Position numbers and translations under genes: made by a program | The notes under the pieces: model-generated | Database searches by the model: none | What the model was told of the DNA's origin: nothing | What the model saw: the letters and a program-made list of their open reading frames with translations, nothing else | From: Anolis carolinensis | Taxonomy: Eukaryota | Assembly (NCBI RefSeq): GCF_035594765.1 | Contig: NW_026943821.1 | Location: 20,243,608 to 20,307,607 of the forward strand | Direction of reading: 5' to 3' | Length of the DNA stretch: 64,000 bases | Shown here: positions 1 through 28,551 of the stretch, in pieces | Layout: every line of letters begins with the position of its first letter | Position numbering within the stretch: the first letter of the stretch is position 1

Positions 1-585
1 TCCATCAGAAAAAGCACCTGTAGATTCCAACAGGTTTTATTGTACAGAATACCAGAACCTTCTCTTTAGCCCATTTATATAGGGGCTCTCACATACCAGA
101 GGGGAATTGAGGTTTTATGGCTGGCCCGTTTTATGGCTGGCATCTGTTCTTTGTCAGCCAACCGGAGATGTCAAAAATTTGGAGATCATGACACACGTTC
201 CCGCCTTTCCTTCCCGTTAGTCCAGCACATGCTATTCAGTGTTACGGTATCAATTTTTCCTGTCCGTCTGTGCCGTCACGTTACCTGTCGACTGATGGCA
301 GCCCCATGCATTTAAAGAGCGTTTTCTGCGAACAATGTTAGCCTTTGCTCACATGTTTTCACTTGTCTAAATACATGGTTTGAGTTCCCGATCCAGAAAT
401 TTCTGAACTTTGATTCTACAAAGGTGTGGATATAATTATGGCGTTATGCAGTGTGATGCAATATGTATTTATATTTTCTTTTGCCATTTAGTATCGCCCC
501 TGAATGCTTTAAGTATAGCAGTAGTCGTTATTCTGTGCCTTAAATTGTTTCCGAGTGATTGCTGAAAGGATAATAAAAAATATTA

Positions 586-928
586 CAGTATTCCCTCACT
601 TATTGCTGGGGTTAGGTTCCAGGACCACCCGCAATAAGTGAAAATCCGCGAAGTAGGGACACTATATTTATTTTAATATTTATACATTATTTTAGTAGCT
701 ATGCACTATTTTAAGTCTTTATCAACCAGTCGTGTGTTGATAAATCGCCTCTTTCTCCTCCCGTTGCCGCTTGGGCTCCTTTTCTCTCCCTTTGGCTTCT
801 CCTTCCTCCCTTCCTTAGGCTGTAAATTGTAATTTTTTGGGATTTATAATAGTCTTTTAGAGTTTATTGAAAAACCGCGAAACAGCGAATCCGCAAAAAG
901 GGAACCGCAAAGTAGTGAGGGCACACTG
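586..928. mobile_element. Tc1/mariner-type MITE
   Basis: TA-flanked imperfect TIRs CAGTATTCCCTCACT ... AGTGAGGGCACACTG; non-coding. Confidence 0.7.
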
Positions 929-1558
929 TATTATCATCCTCATCATTCTAAGGGGTTTTCTGGGGCTGAGAGAATGCGACTAGTCCAAGGTTACCCAATG
1001 AGTTTCCATGGCCAAACCGAGAGTCGAACCCTGAATTGTAGTCCAATGCTCCAACCGTATCTACATGGATGATATGTGATAATCTGTATTTATATGTTCT
1101 TCTTCGTTGTCATTTTTCTGCTTGAAGAGTATCTTGTTGTTACTGTGTGCCTTAAAGTTGTTTCCGACTTACGGCAGCCCTAAGGCAAACCTATCCTGGC
1201 GTTTTATGAGGCTGAGAGTATGTGACTTATCTGAGGTCGCCCAGTTGGTTTCCATGGCCCAACTGGGAATTGAACCTTGGTTTCCAGGGTTCAGACCACT
1301 ACACCACACTAGCCAAAACACATCAGGCGTTTTGACCAATAGAAGAACAATATTTTGCTTCCATTTTCTTCTGTGAAACCCTTGAAAGACATTGCTTCCG
1401 GTCAGAGTTGCCAAGGTTGTGACTCAGTCCATGGCTGCTTCCATTCTTCCCATTAGAATCAACCCATTAGATGAACATGCCCATCTGTATTTTATAAGTG
1501 TTTTTATGAATGTCTGATGTAATTTAATAACTTTTTAATTGATTCACAATGTATTGTA

Positions 1559-2032
1559 TCTATATATATATAAGAGTGATGGCAGCAGGGCAACCCACAA
1601 AACAACGAAACTACAGGCCCCCCAACTTCGAAATTTGACAACACAACCCATCATCCATGCCTCTAGGTTGATACAACAAAAAGAAAAGAAAAATAAAGTC
1701 CTAATTAGAGGGAGAGGAATAATTGCTTTTATCCAATTGCTGCCAGTTAGAAGGCTAAGCTCCTCCAACTTGGTCTCCTAGCAACCCAATAAAAAATAAT
1801 AAAAAACACTAAAAATAATTAAAAACACGAAAAAATTAATACAATAAAATACTATAATAACAGAAAATAACTAAAACTAATACAAGAAAATAATAAAATA
1901 TAATAAATAAAAAAATAACTTACAATAAAATTAATTAAAAAATACAAATAACATCAAATAAAAATTACACAACAATTTTTAACCAATACCACCACCACTT
2001 TGCCACAGCAACGCGTGGCCGGGCACAGCTAG
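1559..2032 (+). mobile_element. Non-autonomous Helitron, copy 1
   Basis: Starts TC after A, ends CTAG before T, subterminal hairpin GCCAC-agcaacgc-GTGGC; homologous to 5488-5976 and 43341-43815. Confidence 0.8.
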
Positions 2033-2267
2033 TATTTTATAAGTGTTTTTATGAATGTCTGATGTAATTTAATAACTTTTTAATTGATTCACAATGTATT
2101 GTATAATTTTATATATGTGTTTTATTGTAAGCTGCCCTGAGTCCCCTATAGGGTGAGAAGGGCGGGATATAAATATTGTAATAAAATAAATAAACAAATA
2201 AATAAACCGGTACAAGAGATGTCTATAGACCTGATTCACAACTTGCTTTTCCATTTCCAGGGAAGTG

Positions 2268-10985
<8,718 letters not shown>

Positions 10986-12089
10986 ACTCACAAGCCTGGA
11001 TAGTCTTCCTCTTATTTACAATTGCAGTACTGAGTAGTAGCCACTGGGAAAGAAGTCAACTATGATGGATTCCATCATTTTATACATCAAGGAGTTGAGT
11101 GATCTTCTCAATTTTGGGAGCTACGCTGGACAGAGATCATTGCAACAGATATGTGTTATGCAGAACTCTGTGTGAAAAAAGATGGGCCTAAATCCTACTT
11201 AGTTCAGACTAGACCCACCAAATCAATGCAATTGAGTCATATTTACTATTTCATCTAGTGGATCTGTTTTCATTGGGACTAATCAACAGGATTCAGGCCT
11301 GGCCTCAAGAACAGCTCCATATTAAAAAGACTGTCTGCCAACATGTTTGCCAACATTGCTTTATTTTTGTCCTTCAAGCCATCTGCTTGTAATTGGAACC
11401 TGTTATGAAACAAGAAACTGAAATAGAATTAAATGTTTTTATAAACATGTCTTTTGAAACAACCTTTCAAAGAGTAACTACTTTTGTGTTGATGCTTATA
11501 CTACAACTTGAAGTAAATCTAATAATAATACACTATTATAATTGTATATTTATATTACATGTAATATTACTAATAATATTGCAATATAGTGGTATGCTAC
11601 AATATAGTAATATATAATGCTTATATTGTACTATACCAATAATATTGTATGTACATATAACTTGTAAGCCGCCCTGAGTCCCTTTTGTGGTGAGAAGGGC
11701 GGGATATAAATGTTGCTAATAAATAAATAAATCTTGCAAAAGGTAGCTCCCCATATAGATCTTAAGAAAACATTGGCACTTGACTTTAATGTGCCACTTT
11801 CCTGCATGACTTTTGGTGCTTCTCTCTCAATCTCAAACCAAGGATAAATCTGATACATCTCAGGAAAAGGCTTTCTGCACATTTGAAGACTGTTCCTTCA
11901 TAATATTCCAGTGTCCTTTCTTCACCTCACAGCTGCTCTTTTTACTAAATTATTAACTTTATTTATATCCTGGCTTACTTCCCCATGGACTCATAGTTAA
12001 TACAGTTCCGTGCAATTATCCAAAATATCTTTAGGTTTTGTTGTTGTTTTTCTAAAAAGAGTCAACCACATTCTACATAGAAAACCAAA

Positions 12090-12095
12090 TTTATT
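12090..12095 (-). promoter_or_regulatory. Candidate RBBP4 poly(A) signal
   Basis: AATAAA on the minus strand about 1 kb after the stop, at the end of a repeat-free UTR-like stretch. Confidence 0.45.
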
Positions 12096-13066
12096 TTATC
12101 TGAAGCACTTGCACAGGTCCATGAAAAGATAAATGGGCTGCTGGTGCAATAGTTCACCCACACAGGAGATGTATTGATACAAGGGAAAAAGAGTACATTA
12201 TCTGCACATAGTACTCCTTAATATGTGCACCAACTGCTAGGATGATCCTAAGTAGTTGGTGTGTGGTGTGTCATTCAGTTGAAAACAAAACACCTTTTAG
12301 AACTTGGTGGTCCCCCAAGTTTAAATGCAAAAAAATAATTCACAGAAACAAAAGGTAATAGGATAACACAGATCAAGAAACACACAAGAAGGAAGCCATG
12401 TGCAGGTTTAGGCACCTCAATCATATCTGAATCCGAGCCATATCCACTGCCTTATCTACCCATCGACAAAAGATGGAAGGTTCAACGGCTTAGGGAGAAA
12501 TTATCTAGGCCAATGGAAACACAGCTAGAAATAGAAAATCAGTTGATCCTGCATTGCATTTCAGAACTACAAGACTAGAGAGAGCAAAAGCCCTGCACAC
12601 GACTTTAATCAGAGGGACCAAAAATATCATATAATATTAATAAAATAAAAGAATCTTCTCCACGCTGGAATATTCCCTCCGAGAAAAACGTTCAGATCTT
12701 ACTAACATTTGAACTGCAACTTGGGCACTGTTTGCATTAAAAATGTAAAAAGTAAACATCACATCTCAAAGGAGAGGATGCTGACTCAATTCACCAAATA
12801 CTGTAAAGAGGAAAAGTGGTCAACGATGAAGCCACTGGTGCCATGATGGTTGCGCTTATCAATTTTCAACTGGCAACAGTTCAAGTTCTGTGTTAGAAGC
12901 AAAATCAATGGGCAGTATCTACAAATGGGTTGTTTGAATACAGTGTGTGTGTGTGTGAGTGTGTCTTTCAAAACAGCAGTATTGACAATCTTGGGAAAGC
13001 AGAGAGAACAAAGCAGGGAGAAAACAACGGAGGAGGGAAGAACAAGGCAGGAACTGGGCCTAATAT

Positions 13067-20236
<7,170 letters not shown>

Positions 20237-21464
20237 GATGCCGAATCTCTTCGTCGCCGTCGCGGCTTCTCTGCTTCTTCCCCTCAGTGTCCCGGCTTCC
20301 CTTCTCTTCCTTGTTTTCCCCACCGCTTGGCCCGCGGTTTTTTTTTTTTCTCTATCTCTCTCTCTCCGGGAAAGGGACGCGGAGCGCGCGAGAGGACGGG
20401 TTCGCGCCAACGCGGGCCAATCGCCGCCGGCGCCGCCGTCTCGAGCCGCTCGGCGAATCAGGAGCGCGTGCGCAGTGGGAGGAGGGGAGGGGGCGGGGCC
20501 GCCGGGGGATGCCTGCGCAGGCGCAGTGGCACTCTTGCTTCTCCCACCGTGGAAGCCGCCATTTTGAGGCATTTTGGCCTGTGTGCTGAGTGAGCGTGGT
20601 CCTGGGCTTCTTTCCTGTTTACCTATATACACATGTATGCATGAGGTATTCCTATACATAGTTGCATTCAGGGGTGAATAGGCGCTCGACCCAGCAGCCT
20701 CGAAAATAGCTTAAATGTACAGTAGAGTCTCACTTATCCAACCTTCGCTTATCCGATGTTCTGGATTATCCAACGTAGTCTGCCTCCTGCTCGGATCCAC
20801 TGCTGTTTCTCTAGGCAGCAAGGATTGAACTTTTTAGGGATTTAATTTCTGAAAATGTTGTTACTATAAGCTCATTTTATGCAATTCTATCTTTATTTTT
20901 AGTCAATTTGTTAGTAGCCAATTTGTATTAGTCAATGTTTTCAATACAATGTGATGTTTTGGTGCTAAATTCGTAAATACAGTAATTTCTACACAACGTT
21001 ACCATGTATCGAACTGCTTTTTCTGTCAATTTGTTGTAAAACATGTTTTGGTGCTTAATTTGTAAATTCATAATGTAATTTGAGATTTAATAGGCTTTTC
21101 CTTAATCCCTCCTTATTATCCAACATTTTTGCTTATCTAACTTTCTGCTGGCCCGTTTATGTTGGATAAATGAGATTCTACTGTATATATATATTAATAT
21201 AAGTAGATACATACTTTTTAAAGCAGCCATGGACAAACTTTGGCTCTCCAGGTGTTTTGGACTTCAGCTCCCACAATTCCTAACAGCCAGTATATCTCTA
21301 TATAAATATATATTCATATAAATATATATATGTTTATGGCTATAGCTATATATGTGTGACCGAAAAAGTATGTATATATGTGTTGTCGAAGGCTTTCATG
21401 GCCGGGATCACAGGGTTGTTGTATGTCTTTCGGGCTGTGTGGCCATGTTCCAGAAGCATTCTCT

Positions 21465-21505
21465 CCTGACGTTTCGCCCACATCTATGGCAGGCATCCTC
21501 AGAGG
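21465..21505 (-). ncRNA. Minimal hammerhead ribozyme motif (mirror copy)
   Basis: Exact reverse complement of 22531-22571. Confidence 0.7.
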
Positions 21506-22530
21506 TTGTGAGGTATGGAGAAAACTAAGCAAAGAGGTTAATATATATCTGTGGAAAGTCTGGGGTGAGAGAGGTCAGTGTGAATGTGTAGTTAATCACT
21601 TAAATTAGCATTGAAAAGCTTATCTGCTGTCTTCTTCCTGCCTCTGGGGCATCCTTTGTTTAGAGTCGTTAACTGCCCTTGGTTGATTCATGTCTGGAAA
21701 CCCTCTGTTTTCAGAGTATTGCTTTTTATTTACTGTTCTGATTTTTGAGTTTTGTAATACTGGTAGCCAGATTTTGTTCATTTTCATGGTTTCTTCCTTT
21801 CTGTTGAAGTTGTCCACATGCTTGTGGATTTCAATGGCTTCTCTGTGTAGTCTGACATGATAGTTGTTAGAATGGTCCAGCATTTTTGTGTTCTCAAATA
21901 GTATTCTGTGTCCAGGCTGGTTCATCAAATGCTCTGCTATGGCTGATTTCTCTGGTTGAATTAGTCTGCAGTGCCTTTCATGTTCTTTGACTCTTGTTTG
22001 GGCGCTGCGTTTAACCCTAACCCAAACGCAGCGCCCAAACAAGAGTCAAAGAACATGAAAGGCACTGCAGACTAATTCAACCAGAGAAATCAGCCATAGC
22101 AGAGCATTTGATGAACCAGCCTGGACACAGAATACTATTTGAGAACACAAAAATGCTGGACCATTCTAACAACTATCATGTCAGACTACACAGAGAAGCC
22201 ATTGAAATCCACAAGCATGTGGACAACTTCAACAGAAAGGAAGAAACCATGAAAATGAACAAAATCTGGCTACCAGTATTACAAAACTCAAAAATCAGAA
22301 CAGTAAATAAAAAGCAATACTCTGAAAACAGAGGGTTTCCAGACATGAATCAACCAAGGGCAGTTAACGACTCTAAACAAAGGATGCCCCAGAGGCAGGA
22401 AGAAGACAGCAGATAAGCTTTTCAATGCTAATTTAAGTGATTAACTACACATTCACACTGACCTCTCTCACCCCAGACTTTCCACAGATATATATTAACC
22501 TCTTTGCTTAGTTTTCTCCATACCTCACAA

Positions 22531-22571
22531 CCTCTGAGGATGCCTGCCATAGATGTGGGCGAAACGTCAGG
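22531..22571 (+). ncRNA. Minimal type I hammerhead ribozyme motif (PLE-associated)
   Basis: CCU-CUGAGGA-U-GCCUGC/GUGGGC stem II-GAAAC-GUC^-AGG; predicted cleavage after 22568; loopless palindromic stem III (ACGU). Confidence 0.75.
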
Positions 22572-22659
22572 AGAGAATGCTTCTGGAACATGGCCACACA
22601 GCCCGAAAGACATACAACAACCCTATGTATATATGGTCGAATCTGGATAGTCAAATTCG

Positions 22660-23345
22660 TAGAGTCACAACGGAGAACCTACAGAGTCCTAGAGAGACAA
22701 TTTGTAATCCGAACTATTCAAATCCATAGAGATGCAATGGAGGACCTGGAGGTTCCTAGAGAGACAGTTTTTGATCGAACCCGTGAATAATGGGGTCCAT
22801 AGAGTCGCAATAGAAGACCTAGAGGTTTCTAGAGAGACTATTATGAATCAGTGAATAATGGGATCCATAGTTTCAATGGAGGACCTAGAGATTCCTAGAG
22901 AAACTATTTGCGATCAAATCCATGAATAATGGGATCCACAGAGTCGCAATGGAAGAACTAGAGGTTCCTAGAGAGACCATTCTTGATCAAATCCATGAAT
23001 AATGGTATCCATAGAGCCCTAATGGAGGACGTAGGGATCCCTAGAGGATCAAATCCTTGAATAATGGGATCCATAGAGTCGCAATGGAGGACCTAGATAT
23101 TCCTAGAGAAACTATTTTCAATCAAATCCTTGAATAATGGGATCCACAGAGTCGCAATGGAAGAACTAGAGATTCCTAGAGAGACTATTCTTGATCAAAT
23201 CCATGAATAATGGGATCCATAGAGTCCCAATGAAGGACGTAGGGATCCCTAGAGGGAATGTCAATCAAATCTTTGAATAATGGGATGCATAGAGTCGCAA
23301 TGGAGGACCTAGGAGTCCCTAGAGGGAATGTCAATTCTGAATAAT
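22660..23345. repeat. About 70-bp minisatellite (9-10 diverged units)
   Basis: Recurring GAATAATGGGATCCATAGAGTCGCAATGGAGGACCTAGAG.TTCCTAGAGAGAC. Confidence 0.85.
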
Positions 23346-23648
23346 GATCAAACTTGCAAATGTGGAGGAACAACCGTTTTTTCAGAACTGCAAATCTAGG
23401 GATTCTGGGAGGCATGGCCATGGCAGTGAAAGTGGGGGCAAAGTGCTATAGGCATTCAGTGTGGCTGCAGGTGCCCCCTTGCGTAAAAGCCTGCTACTGT
23501 CTCTTTAACAGGCAACCAGGAAGAGGCCCTGCTTTGCTGCCTGGACTGAAGCTGAGCAGAGACAGCAAGAGATTGCTGGCCGTGTTCTCCACCGCTTCCC
23601 GTTCCTTCTCCCTAAACAACCATTAATTTCATTTCATTTTTCCTTAGC

Positions 23649-26600
23649 ATGGCGTTCAGTGAAGCTACGGAGCTGGACAATTACCGGGATTACAATTTAA
23701 CCGAGGACCAGAAGCTCATTAAAGCGAAATACGCTCCTATTTCGAAGAAGTACGAATGTGAGTCTTTCCCCTCGTGTTCCCTTTTCCATTTGAAAAGGAT
23801 TTCATTCTTCTTTTATTAATAAGGGGCCAAGAAATGCTGTTTGGGGCTGATCTATAGTTAAATCACTTGTATGTGTATATGTGTGTGTGTGTGTGTGTGC
23901 GTGTATGTGTGTATCTTGATTTCTCTTGCGTTCAAAGGAGACTCAATGCAATCACATCATGTTTAACCCAACATGTATAAGCCAGGCATGGGCAAACGTT
24001 GGCCCTCCAGGTGTTTTGGATTATAACTCACACAATTCCTAACAGCCAGTAGGAATTGTGGGAGTTGTTCTCCAAAACACCTGCCCCCCCCCCGAATATT
24101 TTTATATTTTAGTATAAAACACTAAAATAGAATTAAATATGGGACTTATCTAAAGCCAATGAAATAATTAAAACCATTTCTTGACTCCAGGGAAGGCAGT
24201 GGGCAAGTTGGAAATTGTTTGGTGAGAGGTTGTTGTTGTTGTCATTATTATTATTAACAGTATCATCTTTGTTGGTACATTGGTGTATCCCATCCTTTCC
24301 TAAACTGTAACTCAGAGTAGTTGACAAACTTCTTAAAATATAATGATACAAAGCACTACTTTGTATTCAAGGAGAAGCATGTAACAAATAAAATGCATTA
24401 TTATTATTACTTGTATATGAATGTTTTGAAAATATTTTATTTTCCCACTTACTGCTTCTTGTAAGCAACCTGGATTGTCTCCCAATTTATAACATGTTAT
24501 TGTAATATGAACTTAAAGAACTTGATTCTAGGGAATGAGTAAGTTGGCAATGATTGTGTGAGAGGCTAATATTATTATTATTATGAATACCTTTGTTGTT
24601 GTTATATCACATCTTTTTCCAAACTATAACTCAAAGCAGTTTTCAAACCTCTTAAGACGTTATGACACAAAATATCCATTTTTGTCTGCCCACTTACTGT
24701 TCCTTTTAAGAAGTCTTTTTTAAAAAAATTCTTTTTTACTCCCTCTGTAGATTTGGATCATACAGCTGATGTCCAGTGAGTATTGACTTATATAATAATA
24801 ATAAAATAATAATAATAATGGTGATGATGTACATGTTGCCTGCCTCTCCTCACCTCTCAAGGCAGACTACAATGAGTTACAACGCCCAGATCACATACAC
24901 TGCCATTACAAGGAGAAAGGAAGCAATATTGCCAGGTATTGCATGTTCCCTTCTGCTCCTCCCAAAGCAGAAACTGTGACTCGTTCTCTATTCTGTCAGC
25001 TGTGCTCTGATGGTGAATCACTATTGATCATAGTTTTGCTGATGATAGACCAACACTGTCTGGACTTACAGAAAATAGGAATCTGTTTTCTGGTAAATCG
25101 CAGTCAATTTTTAACTCTGAATTTTATATTCTGTCCCTATTGTGTTTTAATCTTGGTTCCTGTGTATTTTAGTATGTGCATTTTATAGAAATATGTTTTA
25201 ATATATGCATTTTATTTAATGTATTTGATTATAGTGGTGATGATGATGTACTTTAACTGTGTTTGGCCCCGCCTTGAACCGTAAGGAGAGACGGGTAACA
25301 AACAAATTATTATAATTATTATTATGAAGGTGACGATGATGGTAATAATAATAACAATAACAGTCACAACAATAACAGATGGTTTTGTTACCTGCCTCTC
25401 CTCAAAGCAGGGTACAACACAGTCAAAACACATAAACATAAGTACATTCAACAAAATATCTATATCAGAACGCGGCACTAAATGATACATACATCAAAAC
25501 ATATGGTACAAAGATCAAAATACATCAGTAATGGTTTATGATCCACAAAAACACGTTTGTCCATTAATCTGTTTATTGGCGGGTAACACATACATTGTTG
25601 TTTGACTGCCCCATGAAGGCAACAACAACAACAATAGTACACATGGTACAAAGGTCAAAATACAGCAGCAATAGATTATGATCCACAAAAAACTCATTCT
25701 GCAATAAATTATTTTATCTCAAAGCATCTCCATGGTGGTTTCTTGTAAAAGACTTAGCACAACTAGCATTCCGTATCTAGATTCAGTTCCTAGTAATGCA
25801 AGAAAAGTAGGGAATAAACATATGGTAGTCACAAAGTTTAAAAGGTAACTGCCATACATGGATTGGAGTTTTAATGTAAATAACATAGCATTTTGGGTAA
25901 CTGTTCCATCCCTTGCTGTGCCATATTACTGAGAATAAAGAATAATTAAAAGAATAAGATAGAGAGATTGTTTTTCTTTTTACAATAAAAGTAGGGGAAC
26001 ATATAAGTTTAAGAGTAGGAATAAAGAGTTAGCAAAATATAAGATAGGACCTTATATTTTTGACCTGCTTCCCCATGACCATTATGAAGCATTTCTGGTG
26101 TGTTTAGGCTGCATGCCTGGGGAGACACCTTGGAAGAGGCCTTTGAGCAATGCGCCATGGCCATGTTTGGATACATGACAGACGCAGAGACCGTGGAGCC
26201 CCTGGACACCGTCGAAGTGGAGGCAGAAGGTAGGAGGCCCCCCTGGATCTCCCTCGATTCCTGATCGTCCCATAAGCATCAACTTTCCAAGACGACAGGC
26301 AGGGATGGTTTCCCAGCACTGTTACCCAAGACCAATAATAATCAGAATCATTTTTCCAAGACCCCAGGCAGGGATTGTTCTCCAACTGCCACCTAAGACC
26401 ACTTTTGATGCATTATGGGAAAATGGAAGAAGGATTGGATACATCCAAAGGGTCGGCTCTTCCCATGAACCATTTAACCTTCTCCTTGTTAAGTGTAATG
26501 TGAAATGCAAAGGTCTGTTCTTGATTTATAAGGCTGTAGGATCTGGAAGACAACATGCTTCCTTAACATAATTAGGTGCTCTAAGAAGGAACATGAGGTG

Positions 26601-27211
26601 TCTTGGTGATCGTTGCACCAGTGTAGACCCTTTTATCCCTCACCTGTTAGTACCTGTTGCTGGAGAGAATAGGATGAGCATTTGTTCTCTTCTTATAATC
26701 TGTGTCTCATCTGGAAGCCTTCCTTTGCACTGAGAGAGATTCTCCACTTAGGACTGTTCCTTTTCTGCTTACCCGACAGGACATGACTTGTTGTCTCTTC
26801 TTTTTCACTTCCTGGACGAGTGGCTCTATAAATTCAGCGCCGAGGAGTTTTTCATTCCTAGGGTAAGTGCTTGTTGTATTCCAGTTTATAGACTAGGTTT
26901 TGGAATGAATTCTACATCGTCTCCAGATTGGTTACACTTCACACACTCTTATATTGCTAGTCCACTGGATCCATCCTGTATAAATTCAGCATTTTGGAGT
27001 TGGAATTAAGACACTACAATGAGCTAATAGGACATTGAAAGAGAGACAGTTTGGGGGCCAAGTGAAAATTACAAAGCAAAGTTTCCTTTCAAGTTTCACA
27101 TAAATGTTCTCTGAGTATGCTACAAAATAATAAAGAAAAAACTAAACAGAAAAAGTAGGTGATGATAATTATCTGAATTTCCCTTGAAAGAGAAGAAGTG
27201 GTATGATGATA

Positions 27212-27249
<38 letters not shown>

Positions 27250-28508
27250 ACATGACCAGTCTCATGAATCATCAGATAGTCATTCAGGAAAATCATAGAA
27301 TCATAAAATCATAGAGTTAGAAGAAACCGCAAAAGCCATCTAGTTCCAAATTCCCTGACTTTCAAACTGAATAACTTTTGATAACCTTAAACAGTCACAA
27401 ATTACTGTTATTGTTGTTATTATTATTATTTGACCTGAGATTACGTTACCTGGAGTATTTATCAGGTCTTACTAGATCTCTCTGAAGCATGTTTTTAAAA
27501 ATTGTAACTAACATTTTCTCTTTATTCCCATTTTTTTATTAGGAAATCAAAGTGCTTTCCATAGATCGATCGAGATACAAAATAAGGTCTATTGGGTAAG
27601 CAGAATCATCCAGAGTTGCCATTCATTTAACTAAGTCATACATTTAGCACCTGAAAGGAGGTAGCAATTTTTAGTGGATGTATATTTTAATTTGTTGAAT
27701 TGTATCCCTCCTTTCTCCCATCATGGGACTTATCAGGAAGCAAGGGAATTCTGGGGCAAGGTACAAAAAAACACTGCAGGAAATTTAAAAATCAGAATTA
27801 CAATTAAATCCTGGTTTATTTTAATTGGGAATGCCAAACAAATAAATAAAATCACTAAATGACAAACAAGATAATTGCATCGTGGATGCTATATATCCAG
27901 CATTGGAAGCACCTTCTGACAAGAGAAAAATGGGTTGTAAACATGTTTTAGAAGAATAGAAATGGATCAGTGGGCCATGATGAACAAAGGAAACACCCAA
28001 ACAACTTTCTCAAAGACTGGCAACCATTTCTAACATTGGGAGGGAGGACACGTTTTTATAGAAGGCTTCATCATTTAATCGGTCAGAGTTTTCGTGTGGA
28101 ATGTTTGAATAACTATTATGCTAAAAGGAGGAATGGGAAAATATTGTAATAGGAAAGAAAAATAGAACTGTACACGACGGTCTCTAACCCAAAGGGTGGG
28201 AAGTCACTGCAAAGGGGTGCGAGGGAAAGGTATAATTAGTGTAGAAGTAATTGTTTAATCTGGTTTTTTTTTTCATTTTTAAGGTGGGGAGAGGAATTCT
28301 CGCTGTCCAAACATCCTCAGGTAAGTCATGATGATGATGATGATGATTATTATTTATATCCTACTTTTTCTCTTTACAAGAACGCATAATAAATGCTTCC
28401 ATAAATGCTGTTAGCATTCTTTAGGCCTTGAAATACAGAAAGCCAACCATCAGATTGGTTTAACTATAACATGATTGTGACATATATATGTGTATATGTG
28501 TGTGTATG

Positions 28509-28551
<43 letters not shown>

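Larger units (their letters stand above)
21381..22624. mobile_element. Penelope-like element, 5'-truncated inverted (palindromic) insertion
   Basis: Arms 21412-22012 and 22024-22624 are reverse complements. They encode a GIY-YIG C-terminus (TRVKEHERHCRL...SAIAEH...LHREAIEI...NFNR). 31-nt tail 21381-21411 on one arm only; TSD ATGTATATATG at 21370-21380 and 22625-22635. Confidence 0.9.

Noticed and set aside
22108-22416. Duplicated 102/140-aa ORFs as host genes
   Set aside because: Truncated GIY-YIG tail of a Penelope-like element, with no RT or start context.
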